A stretch of DNA of 64,000 nucleotides from Ilumatobacteraceae bacterium (GTDB lineage: Bacteria > Actinomycetota > Acidimicrobiia > Acidimicrobiales > Ilumatobacteraceae): NCBI GenBank assembly GCA_021298195.1, contig JAJTEQ010000001.1, forward strand, positions 102,110 through 166,109. Reading direction: 5' to 3'. The position numbers were made by a program, and so were the translations under genes. Of the stretch, positions 18,193 through 27,914 are shown piece after piece (the stretch's first letter is position 1; every line of letters begins with the position of its first letter). The notes beneath the pieces are model-generated. The model was not told the DNA's origin, did no database searches, and saw only the letters and a list, made by a program, of their open reading frames with translations.

Positions 18193-19255
18193 CGCAGTCG
18201 ACCAGAGCCGCTCGGGACTCCGACACGAGTCCCTCGAGAACCGACCGCGCCGCGCCCGAGTCGATCGCCGCGGAGGCACGCTCGAGACCCTCCTCGAGAC
18301 TGCTGACCGCGTCGGCCACCACCAATCCGGCGGCGGCGTTCAGCAACACGATGTTGCGCACCGGACCCTGCTCGCCATCGAGGAGTCGGCGCACCACGTC
18401 GGCGTTGTGTCGAGGGGTGCCCCCCACCAGCTCGTCCATGATCGCCGGTGCCAGTCCGAGAGAAACCGGGTCGACCACGAAGTTGCGCACCGCGCCTCCG
18501 CGCAACTCGAGCACGGTCGAGGTTCCGGTGGTGGTCAATTCGTCGAGCCCACCGCCGTGCACCACCCACGACGACACCGAGCCGTGAAGACGCAACGAGG
18601 CCAGCATGCGCTCGGCCACCAGTGGATTCGCCACACCGATGAGCTGACGCTTCACGCGACCGGGATTCGCCATCGGACCGAGAAGATTGAACACCGTGGG
18701 GATCCCGATCTCACGACGGGCCGGAGCCGCGAATCGGAATGCCGGGTGATAGCGAGCGGCGAGACAGAACCCCATGCCCACCTTCTCGACGCAACGCTTC
18801 ACTCCCTCGGGCGAGAGTTCGACGACCACACCGAGGGCCTCCAGAACGTCGGCGGTGCCGCATTGCGACGACGCGGCGCGGGCCCCGTGCTTGCACACCG
18901 GCACGCCCGCACCGGCCACCACGATGGCCGACATCGTGCTGACGTTCACCGAATGACTGCGATCACCACCGGTGCCGACGATGTCGATGGCCCGATCCCG
19001 AACCGAGTCGTCGAGCGGCACGAGCGTGGCGGCATCGAGGACCGCGTCGAGTAATCCGGACAGCTCCTCGGGGGTCTCGCCCTTGGCACGCAAGGCCACG
19101 ATGAAACCGATCAATTGCGCCGCGGTGGCTTCACCTTCGAGAATCGTCGTCATGGCCGCTCGCGCGTGGCTGGCCGGCAAATCCTGCCGGTCGAGCAGCG
19201 CGGACAACAGTGCGGGCCAACCGCCGATGGCGTCCAGAGTGAGGGTCTCGTCCAT
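18185..19255 (-). CDS. trpD: anthranilate phosphoribosyltransferase
   Basis: IVGTGGDRSHSVNVSTMSAIVVAGAGVPVCKHG and RAASSQCGTADVLEALG. 356 aa. Confidence 0.9.
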   Translation of the reverse strand: MDETLTLDAIGGWPALLSALLDRQDLPASHARAAMTTILEGEATAAQLIGFIVALRAKGETPEELSGLLDAVLDAATLVPLDDSVRDRAIDIVGTGGDRSHSVNVSTMSAIVVAGAGVPVCKHGARAASSQCGTADVLEALGVVVELSPEGVKRCVEKVGMGFCLAARYHPAFRFAAPARREIGIPTVFNLLGPMANPGRVKRQLIGVANPLVAERMLASLRLHGSVSSWVVHGGGLDELTTTGTSTVLELRGGAVRNFVVDPVSLGLAPAIMDELVGGTPRHNADVVRRLLDGEQGPVRNIVLLNAAAGLVVADAVSSLEEGLERASAAIDSGAARSVLEGLVSESRAALVDCGA

Positions 19256-19302
19256 GACGCGGTCAGGCTAGCGAGCCGCGACGGAGCGAGCCGAGGCGAT
19301 TG

Positions 19303-19539
19303 TCAGGCAGTGCGACGGCGTTGACGCACGATGCGACGACGTTCGCGTTCGGTGGTGCCGCCCCACACACCCACCTTCTCACGACTGGCCAAGGCGTGTT
19401 CCAGACACGCGATGCGCACGTCGCAACCGTCGCAGATGTTCTTGGCCACGTCGGCCTCGTCATCGGTTTCCGGAAAGAACACCTCGGGGTCCAAACCCCG
19501 ACACGCCCCCAAATCCCGCCAGATCACGTCGCTCACCAT
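19303..19539 (-). CDS. WhiB-family transcriptional regulator
   Basis: CRGLDPEVFFPE...CDGCDVRIACLEHAL...GVWGGTTERERR (4 Cys plus the GVWGG turn). ATG 19539 is preferred over the TTG at 19569. Confidence 0.85.
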   Translation of the reverse strand: MVSDVIWRDLGACRGLDPEVFFPETDDEADVAKNICDGCDVRIACLEHALASREKVGVWGGTTERERRRIVRQRRRTA

Positions 19540-19627
19540 GTCCCCACGTACCTTCCCCGTGGCGGACAATAGAACGAGGTCGTTCCTTTGTGAAGAGGCC
19601 GGTGAAAAAGTGCCCCTGACCTGCCCC

Positions 19628-20230
19628 TCAGGGCAGCAGATCGCCCAGGAATTCCTCGCGATTCGCGTCGGTCAACATGATCTCTTCGAGGTACGAGGGG
19701 TGGTCGCAGGCGAACATCGCCTCGCCCGAATCCAAGGCGTTGATGTCCTCCGGAGAGAACTCGAATTGAACGTAGTGAACCGCGGCGGTGATCGCTTCGC
19801 GGGTGAGTTGGCTGGCGTGTTGGGCCTCGGTGATGGAGCGCACCGTGCGTCCACCGGGGAGGCGGAACACCAACGACGACTCGATGCCGACCAGCTTCGG
19901 AAGCCATTCGCGCATCTGCTCGTCGGAGGTGAGTTCGATGAACAAGGTGGCGCACAACTGTCCCGCCTCGGGGATCATCGGGTTGTAGATGTCGAGCTCG
20001 GTCTGGATCTCCTGGTCGGTCGCCAGTCGCTCGACGCGAGCCATCTCCTGGATCTGATGGCGGATCGTGTCACGGTTCTCGAAGACGACCGACACGAACG
20101 GTCCGAGGGCCAGACGGCGACGCTGTTTCATCGCGATGACCCTGGCCTTGAAGGCCTCGCGCTCGCGCTCGTACGCGCGGACGTCGGCGATGTCGTCGAG
20201 GGTGAGCTTGCGGGGGGTGATGGTGTTCAT
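19628..20230 (-). CDS. DUF3501-like protein
   Basis: 200 aa from ATG 20230 ([27 protein letters not shown]...). The family call is from memory of the DUF3501 pattern and its usual Fe-S-protein neighbour. Confidence 0.65.
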   Translation of the reverse strand: MNTITPRKLTLDDIADVRAYEREREAFKARVIAMKQRRRLALGPFVSVVFENRDTIRHQIQEMARVERLATDQEIQTELDIYNPMIPEAGQLCATLFIELTSDEQMREWLPKLVGIESSLVFRLPGGRTVRSITEAQHASQLTREAITAAVHYVQFEFSPEDINALDSGEAMFACDHPSYLEEIMLTDANREEFLGDLLP

Positions 20231-20249
20231 GTCTTGCTTCCTCCTCTGG

Positions 20250-21554
20250 TCATTCTTCGGGGATTCCATAGGCGCGGGCCACCACCTGCAGGGGGTGCAA
20301 CGAGATCTGCCCCGTCTGCTCGTTGATGGCACCGTTGGCCAGATGACAATCGCCGACGACGACGTCGCCGCCGGCCTTGATGATCTCGTCGCCCAGCTTG
20401 CGTCCGATCGGAATGGAGAGTTCGGCGTTCTCGGCCCGCAGTCCCCACATTCCGTCGATGCCCGAACACTGCTGCACCAACTTGATCTTGGCGCCGGTCA
20501 GTTTCATGAGGTCGCGGCTCTTGAGGCCGATGTTCTGAGCCCGCAGGTGACACGGCGTGTGGTACGTGATGGTTTCAGGGATGTCACCGGCGAACTCGGT
20601 GTCGAGCGCGGTGCCCTCGGCCTTGTGCAACTTGACGAGATATTCGCTGGCGTCGTACGTGTGCTCGGCGACCAATTGCGCGTCGGGTCCACCGACGTAG
20701 TCGAGATAGTCCTTCTTCAGCACGTAGCCACAGGTGGGCTGCGGGACGACGATGTCGTTGCCCTTGCGGACCGTGTTGGCCAACGCCGCCACGTTCTTCT
20801 CGGCAATCTTGGTGAAGCTTTCGATGTCGCCACTGTGCAGGAAAGGCGCACCGCAACACTGGGTGGTGTCGGCCAGGGTGCACTCGACACCGTTGCGCTC
20901 GTACACCTTCACGAGATCCTGTCCGATCCCGGGCGCCTGGTACTCGACGAGGCAGGTCGGGAACACGGCGACGCGGCCCTGGCGCTTGCCGATGCGCAAC
21001 TTGGGTCGACGCTTGAACCAGGTCGTGAAGCGTTGCTTGGCGAACGGAGGCAGCACGCGTTCGCCGGACACGCCGGTGGTCACCTCGATGGCCTTGCGGA
21101 CGAACGATCCGGGCTTGGCCCCCATCATCTTGTTCATGACCGGCGCGGTCTTGGTGGCCACCTTGCCGAGAAGATCGGTGCGACCCATCACGTTGGTCGT
21201 GACGCGGTCGCGCAGGGAGACCTGATCGTTGGCGTGACGCATCGCGTCGGCGCGCAACATGAGTCGCGGGAAGTCGAGTTCCCACTCGCTCTGGCCCGGA
21301 ATGTACGGGCAGTTGATGTAACACAACTTGCACTGGAAGCACTCGTCGATGACCTGGTCCTGTTGAGCGACCGTCAGCTTGCCCGCGTCCTGGTCGTCGT
21401 GCTGGTCGATGAAGTCGAACAACGTGGGGAACGACGTGCAGAACTTAAAGCACAAACGGCATCCGTGACAGAGGTCGTACACGCGCGTCAGTTCGTCGCG
21501 CACGTCCTTCTCGTCGAGATACTTCGGATGCTTGGGGTCGTAGGTGATGGTCAT
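20250..21554 (-). CDS. HdrD/GlpC-like Fe-S oxidoreductase (2x 4Fe-4S motifs + 2x CCG domains)
   Basis: [15 protein letters not shown] and [13 protein letters not shown], followed by the Cys-rich motifs TQCCGAP, TCGY, TPCH and QQCSG. AAGGAA SD before ATG 21554. Confidence 0.8.
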   Translation of the reverse strand: MTITYDPKHPKYLDEKDVRDELTRVYDLCHGCRLCFKFCTSFPTLFDFIDQHDDQDAGKLTVAQQDQVIDECFQCKLCYINCPYIPGQSEWELDFPRLMLRADAMRHANDQVSLRDRVTTNVMGRTDLLGKVATKTAPVMNKMMGAKPGSFVRKAIEVTTGVSGERVLPPFAKQRFTTWFKRRPKLRIGKRQGRVAVFPTCLVEYQAPGIGQDLVKVYERNGVECTLADTTQCCGAPFLHSGDIESFTKIAEKNVAALANTVRKGNDIVVPQPTCGYVLKKDYLDYVGGPDAQLVAEHTYDASEYLVKLHKAEGTALDTEFAGDIPETITYHTPCHLRAQNIGLKSRDLMKLTGAKIKLVQQCSGIDGMWGLRAENAELSIPIGRKLGDEIIKAGGDVVVGDCHLANGAINEQTGQISLHPLQVVARAYGIPEE

Positions 21555-21704
21555 CGGGGGTTCCTTGCTGTCGACGGGGGTGGCCGCCTCACCCGAGGCG
21601 ACCACCCATCGTCATCATTGCGGGCTAACGAGCCCGAAACTCACAGAGCCTCGAGGCCGAATCTCTCGGACCTCTCAGCTCCGAAACTCACGCAGCGTCG
21701 AGGA

Positions 21705-22118
21705 TCAGAGAGCCTCGAGGCCCTGCTGAAAGCGGCCGGCGTGGCTCTTCTCGGCGCGAGCCAGAGTCTCGAACCAGTCGGCGATCTCGGCGAAGCCCTC
21801 TTCGCGGGCGGTCTTGGCGAAGCCCGGGTACATCTGGGTGTACTCGTAGGTCTCACCGGCGATCGACGCCTTGAAGTTGGCCTCGGTGTCGCCGATGGGC
21901 TCGCCCGACGCGGGGTCGCCGACCTCGGCGAGGTACTCCAGGTGGCCGTGAGCGTGACCGGTCTCGCCTTCGGCGACCGAACGGAACAGCGCGGCGGCGT
22001 CGGGGTAGCCCTCGACGTCGGCCTTCTGGGCGAACCAGAGGTAGCGGCGGTTGGCCTGGCTCTCGCCGGCGAACGCCTCCTTCAGGTTTTCATGTGTCTT
22101 GGTGCCGTGGAGGCTCAT
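21705..22118 (-). CDS. rubrerythrin-family di-iron protein (no rubredoxin domain)
   Basis: [45 protein letters not shown] and [11 protein letters not shown] (ExxH pairs). 137 aa. Confidence 0.85.
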   Translation of the reverse strand: MSLHGTKTHENLKEAFAGESQANRRYLWFAQKADVEGYPDAAALFRSVAEGETGHAHGHLEYLAEVGDPASGEPIGDTEANFKASIAGETYEYTQMYPGFAKTAREEGFAEIADWFETLARAEKSHAGRFQQGLEAL

Positions 22119-22154
22119 GACATTCTCTCTTTCGGGTTGGTGGGTTTTCTTTGC

Positions 22155-22622
22155 TTATCCCCGAGCCGAGGCTCGAGAAACCGTGTCGGACGCACACGTG
22201 ACGCACGTACCGCTGAACAAAATGGACGCTTCCTCGATCCGGAAGCCCTCGAGTCCGTCGACCTTCAATCGGTCGGAGCCCGCGACGTACACGTCACGAA
22301 CCTCGCCGCACGACGAGCAGACGACGTGGTGATGATCGTCGGTGTTGGGATCGAATCGTGTGGCACCGGTACCCACGTCGATCAGACGCAGTTCACCCAT
22401 GGACGCCAGGTCGGTGAGGGTCTGGTACACCGTGCGCAACGAGATGCCGGGCATCCGAGCGCTGGCCTCGGCGAACAGGGCCTCGGCCGTGGGGTGCACC
22501 GTGTTGCCGTGCATCAAACCGAACAACAGCTGTCGTTGCGGGGTGACCTTGAGCCCGTTGGCTCGGAAGGTTTCGGTGAGTTCGGCCGGTGACTTCACGG
22601 TGCGAAAACTAGACGCACCCAT
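22155..22622 (-). CDS. Fur-family transcriptional regulator (PerR/FurA-like by context)
   Basis: [14 protein letters not shown]...HPTAEALF...[11 protein letters not shown]...[17 protein letters not shown]. Start ATG 22622. Confidence 0.85.
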   Translation of the reverse strand: MGASSFRTVKSPAELTETFRANGLKVTPQRQLLFGLMHGNTVHPTAEALFAEASARMPGISLRTVYQTLTDLASMGELRLIDVGTGATRFDPNTDDHHHVVCSSCGEVRDVYVAGSDRLKVDGLEGFRIEEASILFSGTCVTCASDTVSRASARG

Positions 22623-22718
22623 TGTCAATCTGCAACGGGTGCGAACTAACACGACGTGATATCCGTCTCAGCACCGCCCCCTCTCCCCGACGGGCCGGTC
22701 AGGGGTACTGTCGCGGGC

Positions 22719-24401
22719 ATGGCTCGCCCCGATCAGATCGTGCGCGCGAGCCAGGTCGCCCGGTTGAAGCAGGGAAACTTCGACGTGGTCGTCGTCGGTG
22801 GCGGAATCACCGGGGTCGGAGTGGCCCTCGACGCGGCTTCACGGGGGTTGCGAACCGCACTCGTCGAACGCGACGACTTCGCCTCCGGAACGTCGTCCAA
22901 GAGCTCCAAGCTGGTGCACGGCGGATTGCGCTACTTGCAACAAGGCGAGGTTCGACTCGTCTACGAGGCGTTGTACGAGCGTCAACGGCTCCGTCGCAAC
23001 GCACCGCACCTCGTGTCGATGTTGCCGTTCATGCTTCCCATCCTCACCAAGGACGGACTCGTGTCGCGCAAGATCGCCCGTGCCCTCGGGTCGGCACTGT
23101 GGATGTACGACCTCACGGGAGGGGCGCGCATCGGACGGGTGCATCGACGCTTGCGCAAGAAGAAGGCGCTCGCGCACATGCCCACCATGCCCGAGCAACG
23201 CCTGGCGTCGGCGTACATCTACTACGACGCCCAAGCCGACGACGCTCGGCTCTGTCTGTCCGTCGCGCTCACCGCGGCCGATCATGGAGCGACCATCGTC
23301 AATCGATGCGCCGTCACGGCGATCACCCGCGACGAATCGGGACGCGCGAACGGGGTGTCCGTGCTGTGCGACGGTGAGCGCTTCGACGTCGGGGCACGCG
23401 TCGTCGTCAACGCCGCCGGTGTCTGGACCGACGAGATTCGCACTCTCGAGACCGGTGTCGACCCCGACACCATTCGTCCGGCCAAGGGCGTGCACGTGAC
23501 CGTTCCGTGGGACAAGGTTCGCAACGACATCGCCGTCGTGATCCCCGTGCCCAAGGACAAACGCAGTCTGTTCGTCGTGCCGTGGGGTCCCCGACCCGAT
23601 GGAACCTTCACGCACACGTACGTCGGAACCACCGACACCGACTACCGCGGACCCGTCGACGATCCGCAATGCACCAAGGACGACATCGACTACGTCGTGA
23701 GGGCTCTGAACGCCAGCGTCACCACCGGCATCACCACCAAAGACGTCATCGGAGTGTGGGCCGGATTACGTCCGTTGGTGAAGCAGGTCAACGCGGCCGA
23801 CGGCACGGGACAAGGCGGAAAAGCCGCCCGCACCGCCGACTTGTCGCGTCGACACCTGGTCCACCGCGGTGAGTCGGGCATCATCACCGTCACCGGCGGA
23901 AAACTCACGACGTATCGCGAAATGGCCGAGGACACGGTCGATGCCGCGGTCGAGCTGCTCGCCGGCGCGAACGTCGGTCGTTGCCGCACGAAGCGATTGA
24001 AGTTGCGGGGCGCGATGCGTCCCCGTTCCGATGGAACCCTCGAGGCCCACCTCGAATCGCGGCACGGCACCGACGCTCGAGCGATACGTGACCTGATCGC
24101 CGCGCGACCCGATCTCGGAGATCCACTCGTGCCCGGGCTCCCCTACGTCCGTGCGGAGGCCATCCATGCCGTGACGCACGAATTGGCCACCACCCTCGAC
24201 GACATCCTCTCGCGACGCACGCGGTGTCTCTTGTTCGATCGCGATGCGACGCTGGCCGCTGCCCGATCGGTGGCCGAACTTGTCGCGCCAGCGGCCGGGT
24301 GGGACCGAGCGCGAATCGACGCCGAGGTCGCGACCTTCACCGAAATCTGCGCCCACGAATCGACCGCGGCGCTCGTCACCGAGAGCGAGATGTATCCATG
24401 A
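22719..24401 (+). CDS. glpD: FAD-dependent glycerol-3-phosphate dehydrogenase
   Basis: FDVVVVGGGITGVGVALDAASRGLRTALVERDDFASGTSSKSSKLVHGGLRYL. ATG 22719. Confidence 0.9.
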   Translation: MARPDQIVRASQVARLKQGNFDVVVVGGGITGVGVALDAASRGLRTALVERDDFASGTSSKSSKLVHGGLRYLQQGEVRLVYEALYERQRLRRNAPHLVSMLPFMLPILTKDGLVSRKIARALGSALWMYDLTGGARIGRVHRRLRKKKALAHMPTMPEQRLASAYIYYDAQADDARLCLSVALTAADHGATIVNRCAVTAITRDESGRANGVSVLCDGERFDVGARVVVNAAGVWTDEIRTLETGVDPDTIRPAKGVHVTVPWDKVRNDIAVVIPVPKDKRSLFVVPWGPRPDGTFTHTYVGTTDTDYRGPVDDPQCTKDDIDYVVRALNASVTTGITTKDVIGVWAGLRPLVKQVNAADGTGQGGKAARTADLSRRHLVHRGESGIITVTGGKLTTYREMAEDTVDAAVELLAGANVGRCRTKRLKLRGAMRPRSDGTLEAHLESRHGTDARAIRDLIAARPDLGDPLVPGLPYVRAEAIHAVTHELATTLDDILSRRTRCLLFDRDATLAAARSVAELVAPAAGWDRARIDAEVATFTEICAHESTAALVTESEMYP

Positions 24402-25897
24402 CCACCGAGATCACTCCCCCCATCGAACTGGTCACCGCCGGCGACGTCGCCGATCACTTCGACCACCAAACCCCACGCATCGAGCAACATCACCTCGACG
24501 CGATCGGCTCGATCTGCGCCACCGCCGTCTCCGCGCGCGAAACCGCCGAGGCCAGTCGTGACTGGTGGCCGTTGACCATGCACTGGGCCCTTCGCGGCGA
24601 GGTCCCCAAGGCGGCTGCCATCCTGTGCCGACCGACGAGCACCACGGAGGTTTCGCGGCTCCTCGCGTATTGCAACGCCCACTCCATTCCGGTCACCGCG
24701 GCCGGCGGACGAAGCGGTGTGTGCGGTGCTTCCACGCCCGTGCACGGCGGAGTGTTGCTCGACACCACGGCGATGCGGGGCGTCGTCCACGTCGACGACG
24801 ATTCGCTGACCGTGGAGGTGCTTCCCGGAACGTTCGGCCCCGATCTCGAGGCTCATCTGCGCCCCGCGGGACTGACGGTGGGGCACTTCCCCCAGAGCTT
24901 CGACATCGCCACCGTCGGCGGCTGGGTCGCGTGTCGTGGTGCGGGGCAATACTCGACGCGCTACGGAAAGATCGAGGACATGGTCGTCGGCCTCGAGGTG
25001 GTGCTGGCCGACGGCACCGTCGTGCGCACCGGAGGAGCGCCGCGTGCCGCCGCCGGACCGGATCTCAATCAGATCTTCGTCGGGAGCGAGGGAACGCTGG
25101 GCGTCGTCACGCGCGTCTGGCTTCGCTGCCGACCCGTGGCCACCAGCGAGCGTCGCGCGGCGTTCGGGTTCGACACGTTCGAGGACGGACTCGATGCCTG
25201 CCGACGAATTCTCCGTCGCGGAGGAACCCCGGCGGTGTTGCGTCTGTACGACGCACCGGAGAGCAAGCGCGGACAAGGCGGTGACGGCTCGGTGTGCGTG
25301 CTGCTGGTCCTGGACGAGGGTGATCGTGCCAGTGTGGACGCGTCCATGAGCATCGTCGACGAGGAGTGTTTGTCGACGCCCGGGTGCGCGCCCCGCGACG
25401 TCGAGTTGGTCGAACGGTGGATGCACCATCGCAACGACACCAGCGCGCTGCAGGCCCTCACGAAGAAGGGCTTCGTCGTGGACACCATGGAAATCGCCGC
25501 TCCGTGGGGACGACTGAACTCGATCTTCGATGCCACCCGTGCCGCGATGCTGGCGGTTCCGAACGCGCGCACGGCGACGTGTCACCTGTCGCACAGTTAC
25601 ATCGACGGCGCGTGCCTGTACTTCACGTTCGCGGCGAACCCCCCGGCCGGCGAGGTGGAGTCCACGTACACCGCCCTGTGGGACGCCGGTACCCGCGCGG
25701 TTCTGGCCCACGGAGGGAACCTCAGTCACCATCACGGAGTCGGACTCAATCGTGCGCGATTCATGGAAGAAGCGCTCGGGTCGGGCTTCACGGTGTTGCG
25801 CGCGTTGAAGAACTCCCTCGATCCGAAGGGCATTTTGAACCCCGGCAAGATGGGGCTTCCGTTGCCGGACGGATGGGAAGGAGTGCAGTGGCCGTGA
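24398..25897 (+). CDS. FAD-linked oxidase (GlcD / alkyl-DHAP-synthase-like)
   Basis: FAD_binding_4-like text: VTAAGGRSGVCGAS, ARGAGQYSTRYGKIEDMVVGLEVVLADGTVV, GPDLNQIFVGSEGTLGVVT. Its ATG overlaps the glpD stop (ATGA). Confidence 0.8.
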   Translation: MTTEITPPIELVTAGDVADHFDHQTPRIEQHHLDAIGSICATAVSARETAEASRDWWPLTMHWALRGEVPKAAAILCRPTSTTEVSRLLAYCNAHSIPVTAAGGRSGVCGASTPVHGGVLLDTTAMRGVVHVDDDSLTVEVLPGTFGPDLEAHLRPAGLTVGHFPQSFDIATVGGWVACRGAGQYSTRYGKIEDMVVGLEVVLADGTVVRTGGAPRAAAGPDLNQIFVGSEGTLGVVTRVWLRCRPVATSERRAAFGFDTFEDGLDACRRILRRGGTPAVLRLYDAPESKRGQGGDGSVCVLLVLDEGDRASVDASMSIVDEECLSTPGCAPRDVELVERWMHHRNDTSALQALTKKGFVVDTMEIAAPWGRLNSIFDATRAAMLAVPNARTATCHLSHSYIDGACLYFTFAANPPAGEVESTYTALWDAGTRAVLAHGGNLSHHHGVGLNRARFMEEALGSGFTVLRALKNSLDPKGILNPGKMGLPLPDGWEGVQWP

Positions 25898-26328
25898 ATG
25901 ACTCGATGTCGATCAGTCGTTGGGACCGTGCGGCGATTCGCGCCGGCGCATCGGTCGCGCTGGTGTTCGCCGTGCCGTTGTCGGTGGCGGCGCGCATCCT
26001 CGCCGGTGACGACACGCCCGAAGGTGGCAAGGCCACTCTCGTCGTGTTGTTGTCGCTCGGTGCCGCGATCGGTTTCTTGTTGGGTGCGGGTGTCGCGGCC
26101 TGGCACCAGCAGCGCGGAACTCCGCTCTCGCACGGAATCGTGACCGCCGCCGTCACCTACGTCGTCCCCCAAGCCATCCTCATCGTCGTCAAACTCGCCC
26201 GTGGGGGCGAGGTGCGATGGACCGGCGTCATCTTCAACCTCACCGTGATGATCTCCATGGGGGTCCTCGGGGGTCTGCTCGGATCCTCCATGCGCAAGCG
26301 CGGTGCTCGACCGTCCGGTCAACGCTGA
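25894..26328 (+). CDS. small integral membrane protein (hypothetical)
   Basis: 4 predicted TM segments. Its GTG overlaps the preceding stop (GTGA). Only the C-terminal 144 aa of ORF 25366..26328 is credible. Confidence 0.45.
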   Translation: MNDSMSISRWDRAAIRAGASVALVFAVPLSVAARILAGDDTPEGGKATLVVLLSLGAAIGFLLGAGVAAWHQQRGTPLSHGIVTAAVTYVVPQAILIVVKLARGGEVRWTGVIFNLTVMISMGVLGGLLGSSMRKRGARPSGQR

Positions 26329-26345
26329 CGTGACAGACTCCTGAC

Positions 26346-27851
26346 ATGAGCGGATCCGTACTGGTCATCGACGTCGGGACGAGTGGTCTGCGGTCCGCCG
26401 TCGTGCGCCCCGACGGTTCGGTGAACGGACTTCACCACCGGGCCTTCGTCCCGTCGACGCCGTTCGCCGGCCTCGTGGAGTTCGATGCCGTCGAGATGGC
26501 GCGGTTGGTTGTGGAGGTCGCTCGACTCTCCATCGCCGACGCCGGTCCCGTGGCGTCGGTCGGCATCACCAATCAACGCGCGTCCACCATCGTGTGGCGC
26601 CGGAGCACCGGCACACCCATCGGACCGGCTCTCGGTTGGCAGGACCTGCGAACCGTCGGTGAGTGCATCATGGCCAAACTCGAACACGGTCTCGGTTTGG
26701 CTCCGAACCAGTCGGCGACGAAGGTGGCGTGGCTGCTGAAGAATCACGTCGGCGACGATGCGGCGGTGGCGGCCATCGTCGACGATCTCGCCTTCGGTAC
26801 CGTCGACACCTGGATCGCCTGGACGTTGTCGCGAGGTTCGTTGCACGTCATCGATCACGGAAATGCCGCGGTCACCGGACTCTGCGAAATCAACGCCGAC
26901 GGTGGACCACGTTGGCATCGACGGGCGTGCGAAGCACTCGGCGTTCCGATGGAGATCCTGCCTTCCATCGTGGCGTCGTCGGGCGTGATCGGACACGCCA
27001 CCGCACTCGAAGGTTCTCCCCCGATAGCCGCGTTGGCCGGAGACCAACAGGCGTCGTTGATGGGCCAGTCGTGCGTTCGTCCGAACATGGCCAAGTGCAC
27101 CTTCGGCACGGGCGGAATGATGAACGTGTTGCTCGGCACCGAGGCACCCGACACTCCGGAACGTTCCGCGCACGGCACGTTCCCGATCGTGGCGTGGAGT
27201 CGTCAGCAGATGCCGACCCCCGAGGTGTGGTGGGCGTCGGAAGCCATCATGTTGTCCGCCGGCACGAACGTCGAATGGTTGCGCGACGATCTGGGAATCA
27301 TCGCCGACGCCGCCGAGAGCGACACCGTCGCCGCCTCATGCTCCGACACCGACGGGGTGATGTACGTGCCGGCTCTGCTCGGACTCGGCACCCCCTCGTG
27401 GGACTACGGCGCTCGCGGCGCCTTGTTGGGTCTCACCCGTGGTTCGGGCCGGGCCCACGTCGTGCGCGCGGTCCTCGAGGGAGTGGCCCATCGTGGAGCC
27501 GATCTGCTGGAGGCCATCGAGGCCGACCACCCCGGCGTCCGGGTCCCCGAGATCCGCGTCGACGGGGGGATGAGCCGGAACCGCACCTTCGTGCAGGCCC
27601 TCGCCGATGCCACCGGTCGACCGGTGGCGGTCTCACCCGTCAGCGAGGCCACGACGCTGGGTGCCGGCTATCTGGCCGGACTCGCCACCGGCACCTGGTC
27701 CACCCTCGACGAGATCGCCGGATTGTGGAGCCCGCTGTCGATCGTCGAGCCTCGATCAGAGGTTGATCGAGCCCGCCAGCGGGCGAAGTGGGCCGACGCT
27801 GTGACCCGCGCCTCCGGTTGGATACCCGAGCTGTCGAGCCTCGACTTCTAG
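26346..27851 (+). CDS. FGGY-family carbohydrate kinase (glycerol-kinase-like)
   Basis: VLVIDVGTSGLRSAVV, GITNQRASTIVW, FGTGGMMNV and VDGGMSRNRTFVQALADATGRPV. Confidence 0.8.
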   Translation: MSGSVLVIDVGTSGLRSAVVRPDGSVNGLHHRAFVPSTPFAGLVEFDAVEMARLVVEVARLSIADAGPVASVGITNQRASTIVWRRSTGTPIGPALGWQDLRTVGECIMAKLEHGLGLAPNQSATKVAWLLKNHVGDDAAVAAIVDDLAFGTVDTWIAWTLSRGSLHVIDHGNAAVTGLCEINADGGPRWHRRACEALGVPMEILPSIVASSGVIGHATALEGSPPIAALAGDQQASLMGQSCVRPNMAKCTFGTGGMMNVLLGTEAPDTPERSAHGTFPIVAWSRQQMPTPEVWWASEAIMLSAGTNVEWLRDDLGIIADAAESDTVAASCSDTDGVMYVPALLGLGTPSWDYGARGALLGLTRGSGRAHVVRAVLEGVAHRGADLLEAIEADHPGVRVPEIRVDGGMSRNRTFVQALADATGRPVAVSPVSEATTLGAGYLAGLATGTWSTLDEIAGLWSPLSIVEPRSEVDRARQRAKWADAVTRASGWIPELSSLDF

Positions 27852-27914
27852 AGTGTGGAGTTGTTCGGGCGCACCGGCAGAGACAGCCGGGCGTCCGGTT
27901 CTGAAAGGACACTC

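Noticed and set aside
15614-18306. 704-aa (-) and 845-aa (+) ORFs overlapping the DEDD-exonuclease and thrB genes
   Set aside because: These are alternative frames of well-supported genes, with Arg/Pro/Gly-rich nonsense composition.
20067-22592. 841-aa plus-strand ORF across the DUF3501, Fe-S, rubrerythrin and Fur genes
   Set aside because: Antisense to four consecutive motif-supported minus-strand genes.
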